This document shows positions 9,570-18,943 of a DNA stretch of 35,897 nt, piece by piece. The translations under genes and the position numbers were made by a program. Each line of letters begins with the position of its first letter. Positions within the stretch are counted from its first letter, which is position 1. The notes beneath the pieces were generated by a model, which did no database searches, was not told where the DNA came from, and was given only the letters and a program-made list of their open reading frames with translations. The stretch is from Lachnospiraceae bacterium (GTDB lineage: Bacteria; Bacillota; Clostridia; Lachnospirales; Lachnospiraceae). The stretch is taken from the NCBI GenBank assembly GCA_009787745.1, contig WQST01000002.1, forward strand, positions 1 to 35,897, in the 5' to 3' direction.

Positions 9570-9755
9570 CATGTTAAAATTACCTAGTTCCGGTGAATTT
9601 CCAGTTAAATTAAGTCACGAAAATCAAAGCGTGGTCATTTTCGGATATATTGATGTTTTTGAATTTCGTTGGCAAGAATTGTGGTAATTAGTTGAGTTAC
9701 TAACTTTATTTTAACTTCTTTTCATGTCTTTCGCCGAGAAAGGATACTCTTTGAT

Positions 9756-11822
9756 ATGAATCTTAAAATGTCATTAAAATGTAATATGCGCACACCTGCC
9801 AAAACCTTTATCACCATTCTTCTACTTGCGCTTGCTACCTTCACCTTGCTTTCGCGGATAACAGATTATGTGGTAACTTATAGGGAGATGGGGCGTGTGA
9901 CAGAAAGCTACCACGGAATTATTGCCTTAGATAATGGTGTGCCGAACACGCTTGGAATGCCAATAACCGGTGAATACATTAGCAGTATGCCCGGAACAAG
10001 GGGGCTGTTAGGTTTGGGAGAATACACATCAAAGCATGCTCCTGTACCGCCTTTCCCCCCAACACCTTTGACCATCGAGCAGATGGAGCGCTTTGCCGCC
10101 TTACCGAATGCCACCACCGAAACAAGATTCATGACAGCAGGCTTTATTGGGGATTTGCGAACGGTTGATGACAGCTATTCACCCTTCTTTGATTGGGGTT
10201 TTGATTATACGTCCAGATTTGTCATGACTGGTGTCTATACAGGCCTCGCCGATGATTTGAATGCTACCCTGAATGAAATAATACCATTATATTTTACGAA
10301 TATAACGATGTTGGCGGGTGATTTTTTCTATTTCCCTGAAGATGGAGAGACTGCAATTATATATACTTACTCAAGGCAAGATATTGTCAGTAATAATTTT
10401 GCGTATGACTCTGACATTAACCTTTTTGATAATGAAAATATAGGGCAGGTATTAACAGACAATTTAATCGAAGGGAATCGATATCTTCTAATCGGCAGGT
10501 ATCCATCTGATTATTTTTATCGTATAGCGCTATCCAGTACCGATCCTGAAGAGCAAGAAAGAATTGACTCACTTTGGGATTGGGATGGTGAAGCAGAGAA
10601 TTTCCGCGATACCGAAAAGTTTGAGTATTTGTCAGATCTTCTTATCATGGCAAAATCCCGGCCTCATGTTATACTTTGGTTGGGAGATCAAGATACAACA
10701 AATTTCGTTTTTCCGGTCATTCCACTCGAAAGCTTAGAGAATGATTTTCCGGAAAGTGAAGAGTATGCCCCTCTTAGAGAGCTAATAGACATTATTAATC
10801 TCGACCCTTTTACTTATGATATTGTTTATGTCAATGACTTGTTTTCTATTCCGCGTTTCAATGAAGGCAATATGGTAATCCGCGAAGGCCGCGCTTTAAC
10901 GCCGGAGGATGCCGATACCAATGTTGCCGTTGTGAGTTGGTATTTCTTTGAGACGCATAACCTTAACCTTGGCGATACCTTGACGATTGAACTGGGCGAC
11001 AGATTTTTTCCGCAATATGCTTCTTTGGGCGCAACGGCTTATGTACCCGAAAGACACTCGAATTTCATAGAGACAACTTCAGTTGAAATCGTCGGCGTTT
11101 ACTTAGACACAGACTCTGCTAGAGACCGCAATACAAATCAGTTTTGGGGCTATGGACCAAATACGATTTTCGTCCCGAAATCGCTTTTGCCAATTGAAGT
11201 ACCCGCTGACCATGAAATCAGACCGGGCGAATTTAGCATAATCATTGAAAACGCGAAAGATATAGATGCAGTCCTTGCAGATGCAGAACCGCTTGCTGAT
11301 ACAATGGGCATCGAACTTCGATTTTCGGACGGTGGCTGGTCACTTGTTTCAGAAGGCTTAGGCACTAGTGAGCGTATTGCATTGATTACGGTGCTTCTAA
11401 ATGTAATTGGCATTATCTTTGTTCTGCTTTTGACAGTATATCTCTTTGTGAAGCAAGATATAAAGACTTATGCAATTTCGAGAGCCTTGGGCGTAACCCA
11501 AAAAGATTCCTGCAAAGCTTTGGCAGTGCCTTTGGGGATATTATCTATTCCGGCAATTTTAATTGGAGGTATTTTCGGCTTGGTTTACGCCTTTAATTTA
11601 ATCGAAACCTCATTGAGCAACTTAACAGAAATAGCTCCCTCCTCTCAAATTGGAGAGAGTGCTGTACCGCTTGGTATTGTATTGTTATGTCTAGTATTTT
11701 TGGTTCTGTTTCTCTCATTAACCACCGGAATATTCTTATTGAGAATGTGTAAAACACCTATCTTGGCGTTATTGCAAGGCGAAGCCCCCAAAAACAAACA
11801 AAGGGGGGTACATAATAGATGA
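9756..11822 (+). CDS. MacB/FtsX-family ABC permease 1: TM1, ~500-aa extracytoplasmic domain, three C-terminal TMs
   Basis: 688-aa ORF. TM1 is TFITILLLALATFTLL. A very long hydrophilic region follows, then a C-terminal FtsX-type block: ALITVLLNVIGIIFVLLLTVYLF, LAVPLGILSIPAILIGGIFGLVYAF, PLGIVLLCLVFLVLFLSLTTGIFLL. It ends in an ATGA overlap with the next gene. Confidence 0.8.
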   Translation: MNLKMSLKCNMRTPAKTFITILLLALATFTLLSRITDYVVTYREMGRVTESYHGIIALDNGVPNTLGMPITGEYISSMPGTRGLLGLGEYTSKHAPVPPFPPTPLTIEQMERFAALPNATTETRFMTAGFIGDLRTVDDSYSPFFDWGFDYTSRFVMTGVYTGLADDLNATLNEIIPLYFTNITMLAGDFFYFPEDGETAIIYTYSRQDIVSNNFAYDSDINLFDNENIGQVLTDNLIEGNRYLLIGRYPSDYFYRIALSSTDPEEQERIDSLWDWDGEAENFRDTEKFEYLSDLLIMAKSRPHVILWLGDQDTTNFVFPVIPLESLENDFPESEEYAPLRELIDIINLDPFTYDIVYVNDLFSIPRFNEGNMVIREGRALTPEDADTNVAVVSWYFFETHNLNLGDTLTIELGDRFFPQYASLGATAYVPERHSNFIETTSVEIVGVYLDTDSARDRNTNQFWGYGPNTIFVPKSLLPIEVPADHEIRPGEFSIIIENAKDIDAVLADAEPLADTMGIELRFSDGGWSLVSEGLGTSERIALITVLLNVIGIIFVLLLTVYLFVKQDIKTYAISRALGVTQKDSCKALAVPLGILSIPAILIGGIFGLVYAFNLIETSLSNLTEIAPSSQIGESAVPLGIVLLCLVFLVLFLSLTTGIFLLRMCKTPILALLQGEAPKNKQRGVHNR

Positions 11823-13099
11823 ATGAAAACGATATTAGAAGTTCCCGGGAAAACGTACCGTTTAAGGAAAGCCTTTCTTATACGTTTATGCGGATATACC
11901 GCTCAAAGGGGAAAACACTCATTGTTTTTGCTTTGACAACCTTCCTGGTCGGAGCGGTTGGTTTTTTGGCAATGACCATGGCGCAGTATGAGGAGTTGTT
12001 TGAGACTGTTAAGATAAAAACTACGGCGACAGGTTTTTCTTCAAATGCCATAGAAATGATGTCACAATCAGATTTGGGAGATGTTGTGTATTATCAAGGT
12101 CATATGCGTGTTATAGCTACAAAAGACGACTTTCCTGTGCCGCTTATTGTGACGAACGATACTCAGCGCTATATTGAAAGCATCGGATTTGCCGGTGATG
12201 TAGTCATAGAATCTCATTTAGCTTTGGATGAGAACATAATACCAAATGAAAAGCCTATTCTTTTCATGGGAAGAGATATCGCTAAATGGCTTGGTATTGG
12301 TTTAGATGATACACTTTATTTACTTGAAGAAGAGCAGATAAAGGCTTTGCAATTTTTATACCAAAGCGAAGAATACCTTACGAGTATTGGTCTAGCGGAC
12401 CGGCCCTATGAAGAAATACTCGAAAGCATCATTGCGGAAAGTAGTTTATCTTTTAAAGTTGTTGGTCTTATACAGTCAAATAACGCCGAGCTTGACATGA
12501 GCTTCTTTGCCCCGTTACATAAAGCGGTTCATCAAATAAATGGACTTAAAATTGCCTTTGGTGAAGAGGGATTGCCGATTATTTTAGACTTTAGCGAATT
12601 TCAGCTTTTGGATAATTTCCGAATTGATGATTACAGTACATTGCTGCAAGAGATGGCAAGCCAAAGTCGCGAAGACGGTTCACTTGATGCAAAACATTTT
12701 ACCGACACAAGCCGGCTTTACAGTATCGCCCATGTCCGCGATTTGCTAAATGTTTTTTTTCCGATTGCCGCCTTTATAGCGATAGCGCTTAGTGTGGTTG
12801 CCATCGGATTAACTATGACGCAATCTATTAAAGAAATGGCCCTTCTTCGTATTTTGGGCATAACCGCAAACAGAACAAGAACCATTTTTATTTTTGAACA
12901 TTTTTTCGTCACGGTCATTGGGACTTTATTGGCTATGGGTTTTTTAATGTTCTTCAACATAAGACTATTCGCAAATAGTGCATCAATTATTCTGCTTTTC
13001 TGTGTCCTATATTTGTTTGCTTGCTCCTTTACAAGTTTTATCGCTTCCGCTGTAATGGCAAAGAAAAAACCTTTGGAGCTTTTGCAAGTAAAGGAATAA
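11819..13099 (+). CDS. MacB/FtsX-family ABC permease 2: TM1, ~270-aa extracytoplasmic domain, three C-terminal TMs
   Basis: 426-aa ORF. TM1 is LIVFALTTFLVGAVGFLAMTM. The C-terminal FtsX block reads FFPIAAFIAIALSVVAIGLTM .. ALLRILGIT .. FFVTVIGTLLAMGFLMFF .. IILLFCVLYLFACSFTSFIAS. Start ATG 11819 overlaps the upstream stop TGA (11820-11822). Confidence 0.8.
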   Translation: MNENDIRSSRENVPFKESLSYTFMRIYRSKGKTLIVFALTTFLVGAVGFLAMTMAQYEELFETVKIKTTATGFSSNAIEMMSQSDLGDVVYYQGHMRVIATKDDFPVPLIVTNDTQRYIESIGFAGDVVIESHLALDENIIPNEKPILFMGRDIAKWLGIGLDDTLYLLEEEQIKALQFLYQSEEYLTSIGLADRPYEEILESIIAESSLSFKVVGLIQSNNAELDMSFFAPLHKAVHQINGLKIAFGEEGLPIILDFSEFQLLDNFRIDDYSTLLQEMASQSREDGSLDAKHFTDTSRLYSIAHVRDLLNVFFPIAAFIAIALSVVAIGLTMTQSIKEMALLRILGITANRTRTIFIFEHFFVTVIGTLLAMGFLMFFNIRLFANSASIILLFCVLYLFACSFTSFIASAVMAKKKPLELLQVKE

Positions 13100-13156
13100 T
13101 GGTTTATATCGCTAGTAAAACTAATCACCACAAAACAATAAAGAGGAGAACAATAA

Positions 13157-13843
13157 ATGTCAACACTAATTTTGAATGACGTTAGCTATCAGTATAAAGG
13201 AGCAGAAAAGCAAACAATACGAAACCTTTCTGCTAAATTTGAACCTTCTACCTTATATTCCATTGCCGGACCAAGCGGTTCAGGTAAGTCTACTTTACTT
13301 TCGCTTCTTGCCGGTCTTGACTTGCCGAAAGAAGGCACTATTGAATTTGATGGGAAAAGCCTTAGTGATATTGACCTTGATCTTTATCGGAGGAGAGATA
13401 TTGCCATGATTTTTCAAGCATTTCATTTGTTCCCTCTTTTAACGGCAATTGAAAATGTCTGTTTTCCCATGAAGATAAACGGAGTACCTTCCAATGAAGC
13501 TAAGAAAACGGCCAAGTCGTTACTGGAACATGTCGGAATAACCGAAGAACAAAGTAAACGATTCCCATCAAAACTTTCAGGTGGAGAACAACAGCGAGTA
13601 GCGATAGCGAGAAGCTTAGCTTCCGGCGCAAAAATAATTATTGCCGATGAGCCCACGGGTAATTTGGATGTTGAGAATACGCATAAGGTTATGGAATTGC
13701 TGAAAAATTTGGCGATGAACGAGGGGTATTGCATAATCGTTGTGACACACGACATGGAAGTTGCCAAGATGGCGGATGTAAAATATCGCATGAGTGGTGG
13801 TATGCTAGAAGAGGTTTTATTTTATGCGCATTGTGGAACTTAG
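13157..13843 (+). CDS. ABC transporter ATP-binding protein (MacB/LolD-type NBD)
   Basis: Walker A GPSGSGKST, Q-loop, signature LSGGEQQRVAIARSL, Walker B IIIADEPTGNLD, H-loop VTHD. SD AGAGGAG lies 8 nt upstream of the ATG. Confidence 0.93.
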   Translation: MSTLILNDVSYQYKGAEKQTIRNLSAKFEPSTLYSIAGPSGSGKSTLLSLLAGLDLPKEGTIEFDGKSLSDIDLDLYRRRDIAMIFQAFHLFPLLTAIENVCFPMKINGVPSNEAKKTAKSLLEHVGITEEQSKRFPSKLSGGEQQRVAIARSLASGAKIIIADEPTGNLDVENTHKVMELLKNLAMNEGYCIIVVTHDMEVAKMADVKYRMSGGMLEEVLFYAHCGT

Positions 13844-13856
13844 TTCTACAATGCGC
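13826..13856. repeat. 14-bp inverted repeat (hairpin with 3-nt loop) spanning the ABC ATPase stop codon
   Basis: GCGCATTGTGGAAC (13826-13839), loop TTA, GTTCTACAATGCGC (13843-13856). This gives 13 Watson-Crick pairs plus one G:U. There is no T-run on either side, so it is not a canonical intrinsic terminator. Confidence 0.6.
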
Positions 13857-13899
13857 ACAGCATCTAACTATGAAAGTCACTTTTACAATTCACCGGTAT

Positions 13900-14775
13900 T
13901 TATAATACCGTCAAAGCATAGCTTACAGAAAAATTCTCACTCGGAGCCAGCGTGACGGCGTAAGGTTTGTCCTCGAAGTTACCCGTTTCTGTTATTTCGG
14001 CGGGTACGCCTACCCACGGTTCCAAGCAGATATAAGGTTCGTTGCGGGCAGTAGTCGTCCAGACGCCCAGAACAGGATACCCCGCAAAATCAAAGCGTAT
14101 AGCTCGTCCTGTATGACGGTTTTTAACCATAACAGACCGTGATTTTAGTTCATCGAAGATCAGCGCATCCTCCGCAAAGAGGGGGTAAGACAGCGGAACG
14201 GTATCGGTATTTTTAAGAATCCCTGCTCTTCGCCCGCCATCTAAAAGACCGCGCTCATCAACTTTGAGCGGTTCATTATCCTCAATTTGCGGAAAAACCA
14301 AGTCGTAATCTTCAAAACTGCCTTCGCCGCCAATCGGGCAAAGTAAGCCGGGATGTCCGCCGATACAGAAAGGCATCGGTTTATCATCCTTATTTAACAC
14401 TTCGTAACGAGTAGAAAAACCGCTTGATGTCAGCGCATGAGTTACCGTCAACTTAAAGCGGTATGGATATTGAGCGAGTGTTTCCGCCGTTTCTTCCAGT
14501 ACGAAAACCGCCTCGGTATCCGTTTGAGTTACTAAATCAAATTCATTTCTGCGGGCAAAACCATGCTTCTCCATATTATAGGAAACGCCGTCAATCAGGA
14601 TTGTATTGTCTTTAAGAGAACAGACAATCGGAAAAAGAATCGGGGAACGGCTGCCCCAGCTTTCTTTGCTACCCTCCCATAAGTATTTCACACCGTCCTT
14701 TTGATAAGAAATCATTTCCGCACCCGATGCTTGAATGACCATTTCACCGCCATTATATGATAATTTAGTTTGCAT
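13900..14775 (-). CDS. Aldose 1-epimerase / galactose-mutarotase-like family protein
   Basis: ORF track 13900..14982. I prefer ATG 14775 (MQTKLSYNGGEMVIQ) with AGGAGGAGG upstream. The upstream extension lies inside the GT2 gene. The sequence is beta-sandwich-type (YLWEGSKESWGSRSPILFPIV, GFARR, FCIGGHPG, CLEPW). The start overlaps the GT2 stop by 11 nt. Confidence 0.7.
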   Translation of the reverse strand: MQTKLSYNGGEMVIQASGAEMISYQKDGVKYLWEGSKESWGSRSPILFPIVCSLKDNTILIDGVSYNMEKHGFARRNEFDLVTQTDTEAVFVLEETAETLAQYPYRFKLTVTHALTSSGFSTRYEVLNKDDKPMPFCIGGHPGLLCPIGGEGSFEDYDLVFPQIEDNEPLKVDERGLLDGGRRAGILKNTDTVPLSYPLFAEDALIFDELKSRSVMVKNRHTGRAIRFDFAGYPVLGVWTTTARNEPYICLEPWVGVPAEITETGNFEDKPYAVTLAPSENFSVSYALTVL

Positions 14776-16798
14776 AAATTTTATCCTCCTCCTTTTCCCG
14801 CAACCTAAGCGCGAAATCACTGCGGTCAAGGGAAAAATTTTTATTATAATAAGGGTCTCCTGCCGATAAGGTTTCAGCCCATTTTTCGCGGAAACGGGCG
14901 GATTCGGCATCGTAACGGGCGGCTTTTTCACCGCTTGAATCAAGGCCGCGCGATATTGATTCGTAGTGATAAAGCTCCGCAAAGGGGGTAAAGACGCACA
15001 GGTAGTTCTTTTCCCTTAATTTTAAACAGAAATCCACATCATTCAGCGAGACGGCAAAGTTTTCATCTAAACCGCCTGCCGCATGGAAAAGGCTTTTTTT
15101 CACCATTAAGCAAGCACCTGTCACGGCCGAAACATTTTGCGCATAGCAAAGGCGTCCCATATAACCCAGATTTTCCCGATGCTGTTTATAATGGGAATGC
15201 CCTGCCGTGCGGTGAGCGCCCAGCCCTAAGACCACCCCCGCATGTTGGATGGTTTTATCGGCATAGTAAAGTTTGGCGCCAACGGCGCCAACGTCTTCGC
15301 GCTGGGCGTACATCAGCATTTCTTCAAGCCAGTTGATGCGGATGACTTCGGTATCATTATTAAGAAGCAGAATGTATTCGCCTGTCGCTTGTGAAACTCC
15401 GTAATTATTAATTGCTGAATAATTAAAAGCGGCGTTTTTTTCAGGGTATGTTACAACGCGGATTTTTTGATTTTTTCCGATTTCCTGATAGTAAGTAAAT
15501 ATTTCCGCTGTTTCGCTGTTATTCTCGACAATGATGATTTCATAATTATTATATGTCGATTTCGTGATGATTGAATCGATTGAACGTTTCAAATCACTTA
15601 AATGGTCTTTGTTGGCGATGATAATTGATATCTTCGGGGTGCCGATGATTGGGTAAGTAATTTTAAAAATGATTTCAAAGGCTCTGGTGCTAGTGATGCG
15701 GAAATCCTCAAAACCGCTTGCGCGAAGGTGGTCGGCGATTGCACCTTTGGCGGCAGTGACGGCATGGGGTTTGACGCTTAGGTCTTTGGCGGTGCTTTGG
15801 CGGTGTGAGCGCCAGTAATATAAGAGTTTGGGGATATGAACGATTTTTTCTGCTTTGGCAGTTAAACGGAAAATCATGTCATGGTCTTGGCTTCCGTCGA
15901 ATTTGGTACGAAAAAGTTCGGTTCCATTGATAAGTTTGCGGGCAAAAACGCTGAAATGGCAAATGTAGTTGTTGGCACGGAGATTATCGATTGCAAAATC
16001 AGGTTTGAAATGGAGGGTTATCATTTTGTCGATATGATTGTTTTTGAAGGTGGCTTCATCGCAATAGATATAGTCTGCTTTTTGGTCATTGATAACTTTT
16101 ACGTATTCGAATAAGGCGGCGGGGTGAAGGATGTCGTCGTGGTCGAATAAACCAATATAATCGCCCGTTGCTAATGAGAGACATTGATTGGTGTTTCCTG
16201 CGATACCTTCGTTTTTATCAAGTTTTTTGTAAATGATTCGCTGATCGGTTTTTTGGTATTCACGGCATATTTTTTCGACTTCGGGGTGGGTCTTTTCTGA
16301 GCCGTCAGCTAGGCACAGCTCCCAGTTTTGGTATGTTTGGGCTTTGACGGAATCAATCATTTCGCGCAAATAGCGGGTGGGGGTATTGTATAGGGGAACG
16401 AGAATGCTGATTTTGGTCATGCAGGGAAATATTTTTCCGGATTGCTCTTCTGCTTCTTCTTTATTGGGGAAACTCAAGGTGCCATAGTTTTTCATGACTT
16501 TTTTTTCATGCATAATATAGCGGATTTTGGCAATTAAACCGCGGAGACTCCCGGTATTTTTGACGCGCTTTATTTGGCGGAAAACGAAATGCAGGGCTTT
16601 TCTGAACGGGGCTGATATTCTCCAGAACGGATTATTTTTTATGCGGTCTAATTTGAATGCTAAATCTTCGCTTAAGGCTGTCAGTTCCGCAACTTGCTCC
16701 GCTAATTCAGCACATTTTCTGAGTTCTTCGGCATAGGCTGAATTAAGGGCTTCGACATCAGCCTTATTTGTTGAAGAAGCGGTATTAGAATCAAGCAT
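14765..16798 (-). CDS. Dual-domain family-2 glycosyltransferase with N-terminal coiled-coil region (candidate polymerising GT of the ABC-dependent pathway)
   Basis: 677/678-aa ORF with ATG at 16798. The N-terminal ~60 aa is heptad-like (VEALNSAYAEELRKCAELAEQVAELTALSEDLAFKLDRIK) and is followed by NPFWRISAPFRK. GT2 domain 1 reads ISILVPLYNTP..ADGS..DHDD. GT2 domain 2 reads ISIIIANKD..VENNS..LLLNNDTE. Confidence 0.8.
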   Translation of the reverse strand: MLDSNTASSTNKADVEALNSAYAEELRKCAELAEQVAELTALSEDLAFKLDRIKNNPFWRISAPFRKALHFVFRQIKRVKNTGSLRGLIAKIRYIMHEKKVMKNYGTLSFPNKEEAEEQSGKIFPCMTKISILVPLYNTPTRYLREMIDSVKAQTYQNWELCLADGSEKTHPEVEKICREYQKTDQRIIYKKLDKNEGIAGNTNQCLSLATGDYIGLFDHDDILHPAALFEYVKVINDQKADYIYCDEATFKNNHIDKMITLHFKPDFAIDNLRANNYICHFSVFARKLINGTELFRTKFDGSQDHDMIFRLTAKAEKIVHIPKLLYYWRSHRQSTAKDLSVKPHAVTAAKGAIADHLRASGFEDFRITSTRAFEIIFKITYPIIGTPKISIIIANKDHLSDLKRSIDSIITKSTYNNYEIIIVENNSETAEIFTYYQEIGKNQKIRVVTYPEKNAAFNYSAINNYGVSQATGEYILLLNNDTEVIRINWLEEMLMYAQREDVGAVGAKLYYADKTIQHAGVVLGLGAHRTAGHSHYKQHRENLGYMGRLCYAQNVSAVTGACLMVKKSLFHAAGGLDENFAVSLNDVDFCLKLREKNYLCVFTPFAELYHYESISRGLDSSGEKAARYDAESARFREKWAETLSAGDPYYNKNFSLDRSDFALRLREKEEDKIYAN

Positions 16799-16850
16799 CA
16801 AGTATTACCTCTCGTTTTAATCTTTTAGCTATTTGTTTCAATGTAGTCCA

Positions 16851-18932
16851 TTACTTCAATAATTTCTTTATCCCATGCTTTAATTTATCGATAATTCCCT
16901 GTTCAATCGGCAAAAATATTACTTCTAAATCAACTTTTAATTGATTATGTTTCCGATTATCCAAGTTATTAATTTTAACCGTGAAATTGGGGTCGTCCGT
17001 TTTAAATAAATAACACTTGCTATTTATTTTTTCACCGTTTGCTTTAATATAGTTACTGCTTAAAGGTATCGAAGCCCCATTCCACTCAATTCTGCGAATC
17101 ATCACCATGCAAGCCGTATCAGCAGGGTCAAGGCGAAGTTGTACGGTTTCTTTCGGTACTTCAATATTTACCGACACATCATTTTCATTCTGATAGGCAT
17201 TCGGGAAAAGACGTGATTCCTCTTCGCTAAACCCCTTGCCGGAATCAAAAAATACCTGTACCCTGCGAAATTCTTCTCTTTTAAAGTAATTCGGCATCAA
17301 AGATTGCGGTACTGCGGATTTCATCCCCAGCAAATCACGTATCTGAGCAACCGACATTCGGCTTCCCGCAACTTTTTCTTGAAATTTTCGCTCATTAATT
17401 GTAAAGGATTCTTTGTCGGCTTCGGTTATGCCCCATTTGCCGTAATATTTGCTTGGCTTAATCCTAATTCTCGATTCATCTTCTAATAAATAACAGTAAA
17501 GGGCGCGATAAAGCATCTCTTTATATGTTAATTCTTGATTTAACATCCACTCATAATCCAAAAGCGTCCATTTATTCACATTTTCCTCTATAATAATATT
17601 TGTAAATATTAAATCATGATTTATCATTTCTGATTTTGCTTTTGCGATATATAATCTTACTATTGCTTCAAAACGTTCGATATAATCGTCAAAACGCGCC
17701 ATATCATTCTTCTTTAGGCATTCATCCAGATGCCACGCTAAAGTCTTGCCGTTTACATACTCTAAATCGATACATTTTCCGTCATGCGAAAGCTTACAGC
17801 CATTAACCGCCAAAATACTCTCTTTAAGCTCATCAGATAACAGGTGATATGATTCGTTGATTCGCTTAATATGCTGATAAGATTCATTATTAAGCGCAGT
17901 TTTCCTGACCGCGAAATTTTTCGTTATTTCGGTTTTTATCCGGTACTCAAGCGCGCGGTCATTCGAATATCTAAGATATGCTGTCTCGGTATCTTTTCCT
18001 GTATATACTAAATATGAATTACTGAACATCGGGAATGAATCTTCTTCAATTATGCTGTCGAACACTTTTCTTTCATTGAAAATTTCCATCCGGTGACGGT
18101 CAAAATTACGCATGTTATCATATAACTCACCTTTCACCGGCAAGCGGGCATCCGAAAAGAGGGTCGTCATAAACTTATAATCAGGATAAGGATAGTAGAA
18201 ATTAAAATCGAGAATCCCGGCACTATTAAGAATCTTTTCCAAGCGATTGCGGGTAAAAGTGCGGGCGTTGCCGCCGTCAGGATAATCTTCAAGACCGCTA
18301 AAGAATGTCCCGAGATGATCTTCGGTGCAACCTGCCCAGTATTTTAACCCAAAGCGGTTTTCGATGGCAATCACCAGATGCCCGTCATTCTTTAGATGCT
18401 GTTTTACGGTCTCAAGCATTTTTATATAGGGGCGGTATACATCGTCCGGTTCATCGGACTCAATATATAGGCAACAATATTCAAATACGCCAATAAAAAG
18501 GATAAAATCATAATCATTCGACAAATCAGGTTCAATGTCATTGAAATTGCCGATATGAATGGTGATATTGTCTTTTTCCTGATGGCGGTAAGCATTTATT
18601 TTACAGCGGGTCTCCGATAAATCAACGCAAACGACTTCCTTTGCTTTTTCGGAAAGAATGCCTGTAATGGCGCCGCATCCCGAACCAATTTCCAGAACTT
18701 TATGTTCTTTTCCGATTGGCAGCCACTCGGCAATATTATGGCGCAGATGAGAAAAATGATATAAATAAGTGAAATCACGCTTCTTTTCGATAATGGCAGG
18801 AAACTCGGACCGGCTATGGTTCATAGCGGTATCAAGGAGATCTTTTTCAATATCCCCGTCCGTATAAAGATCAGCACCTGAATAACGCGTGTAATCTAAT
18901 TTCACATTGCCGATAGTAGAAATCTTTGCCAT
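16851..18932 (-). CDS. Class I SAM-dependent methyltransferase fused to a protein-kinase-like/APH-like domain and a C-terminal beta-rich domain (WbdD-like chain terminator candidate)
   Basis: 693-aa ORF with SD GAAGGAAG. SAM motif I is VLEIGSGCGAITGILSEKAKEVVCVDLS. Kinase-like signatures are AVRK, EYVNGKTL, NHDLIFTNIII (HxDxxxxN) and LLDYEW (DxE). The last ~130 aa have no feature I recognise. Confidence 0.65.
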   Translation of the reverse strand: MAKISTIGNVKLDYTRYSGADLYTDGDIEKDLLDTAMNHSRSEFPAIIEKKRDFTYLYHFSHLRHNIAEWLPIGKEHKVLEIGSGCGAITGILSEKAKEVVCVDLSETRCKINAYRHQEKDNITIHIGNFNDIEPDLSNDYDFILFIGVFEYCCLYIESDEPDDVYRPYIKMLETVKQHLKNDGHLVIAIENRFGLKYWAGCTEDHLGTFFSGLEDYPDGGNARTFTRNRLEKILNSAGILDFNFYYPYPDYKFMTTLFSDARLPVKGELYDNMRNFDRHRMEIFNERKVFDSIIEEDSFPMFSNSYLVYTGKDTETAYLRYSNDRALEYRIKTEITKNFAVRKTALNNESYQHIKRINESYHLLSDELKESILAVNGCKLSHDGKCIDLEYVNGKTLAWHLDECLKKNDMARFDDYIERFEAIVRLYIAKAKSEMINHDLIFTNIIIEENVNKWTLLDYEWMLNQELTYKEMLYRALYCYLLEDESRIRIKPSKYYGKWGITEADKESFTINERKFQEKVAGSRMSVAQIRDLLGMKSAVPQSLMPNYFKREEFRRVQVFFDSGKGFSEEESRLFPNAYQNENDVSVNIEVPKETVQLRLDPADTACMVMIRRIEWNGASIPLSSNYIKANGEKINSKCYLFKTDDPNFTVKINNLDNRKHNQLKVDLEVIFLPIEQGIIDKLKHGIKKLLK

Positions 18933-18943
18933 TTCACTTCCTT

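Noticed and set aside
9225-9572. 115-aa minus-strand ORF covering the NlpC/P60 start and part of the intergenic region.
   Set aside because: It overlaps the supported NlpC/P60 N-terminus in another frame. It has no SD, and its product is compositionally odd and AT-driven. It is most likely a chance ORF in AT-rich DNA.
9571-9690. 39-codon + strand ORF (MLKLPSSGEFPVKLSHENQSVVIFGYIDVFEFRWQELW) upstream of the ABC operon. I considered it as a peptide precursor or leader peptide.
   Set aside because: There is no SD in the T-rich sequence upstream, and no leader, double-glycine or Cys-rich features of exported peptides. It is not supportable from sequence alone.
13893-13910. Small hairpin CGGTAT-TTATA-ATACCG at the mutarotase-like gene stop, considered as a terminator.
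   Set aside because: It has only 6 bp, is AT-rich, has no U-tract and overlaps the stop codon. It is too weak to call.
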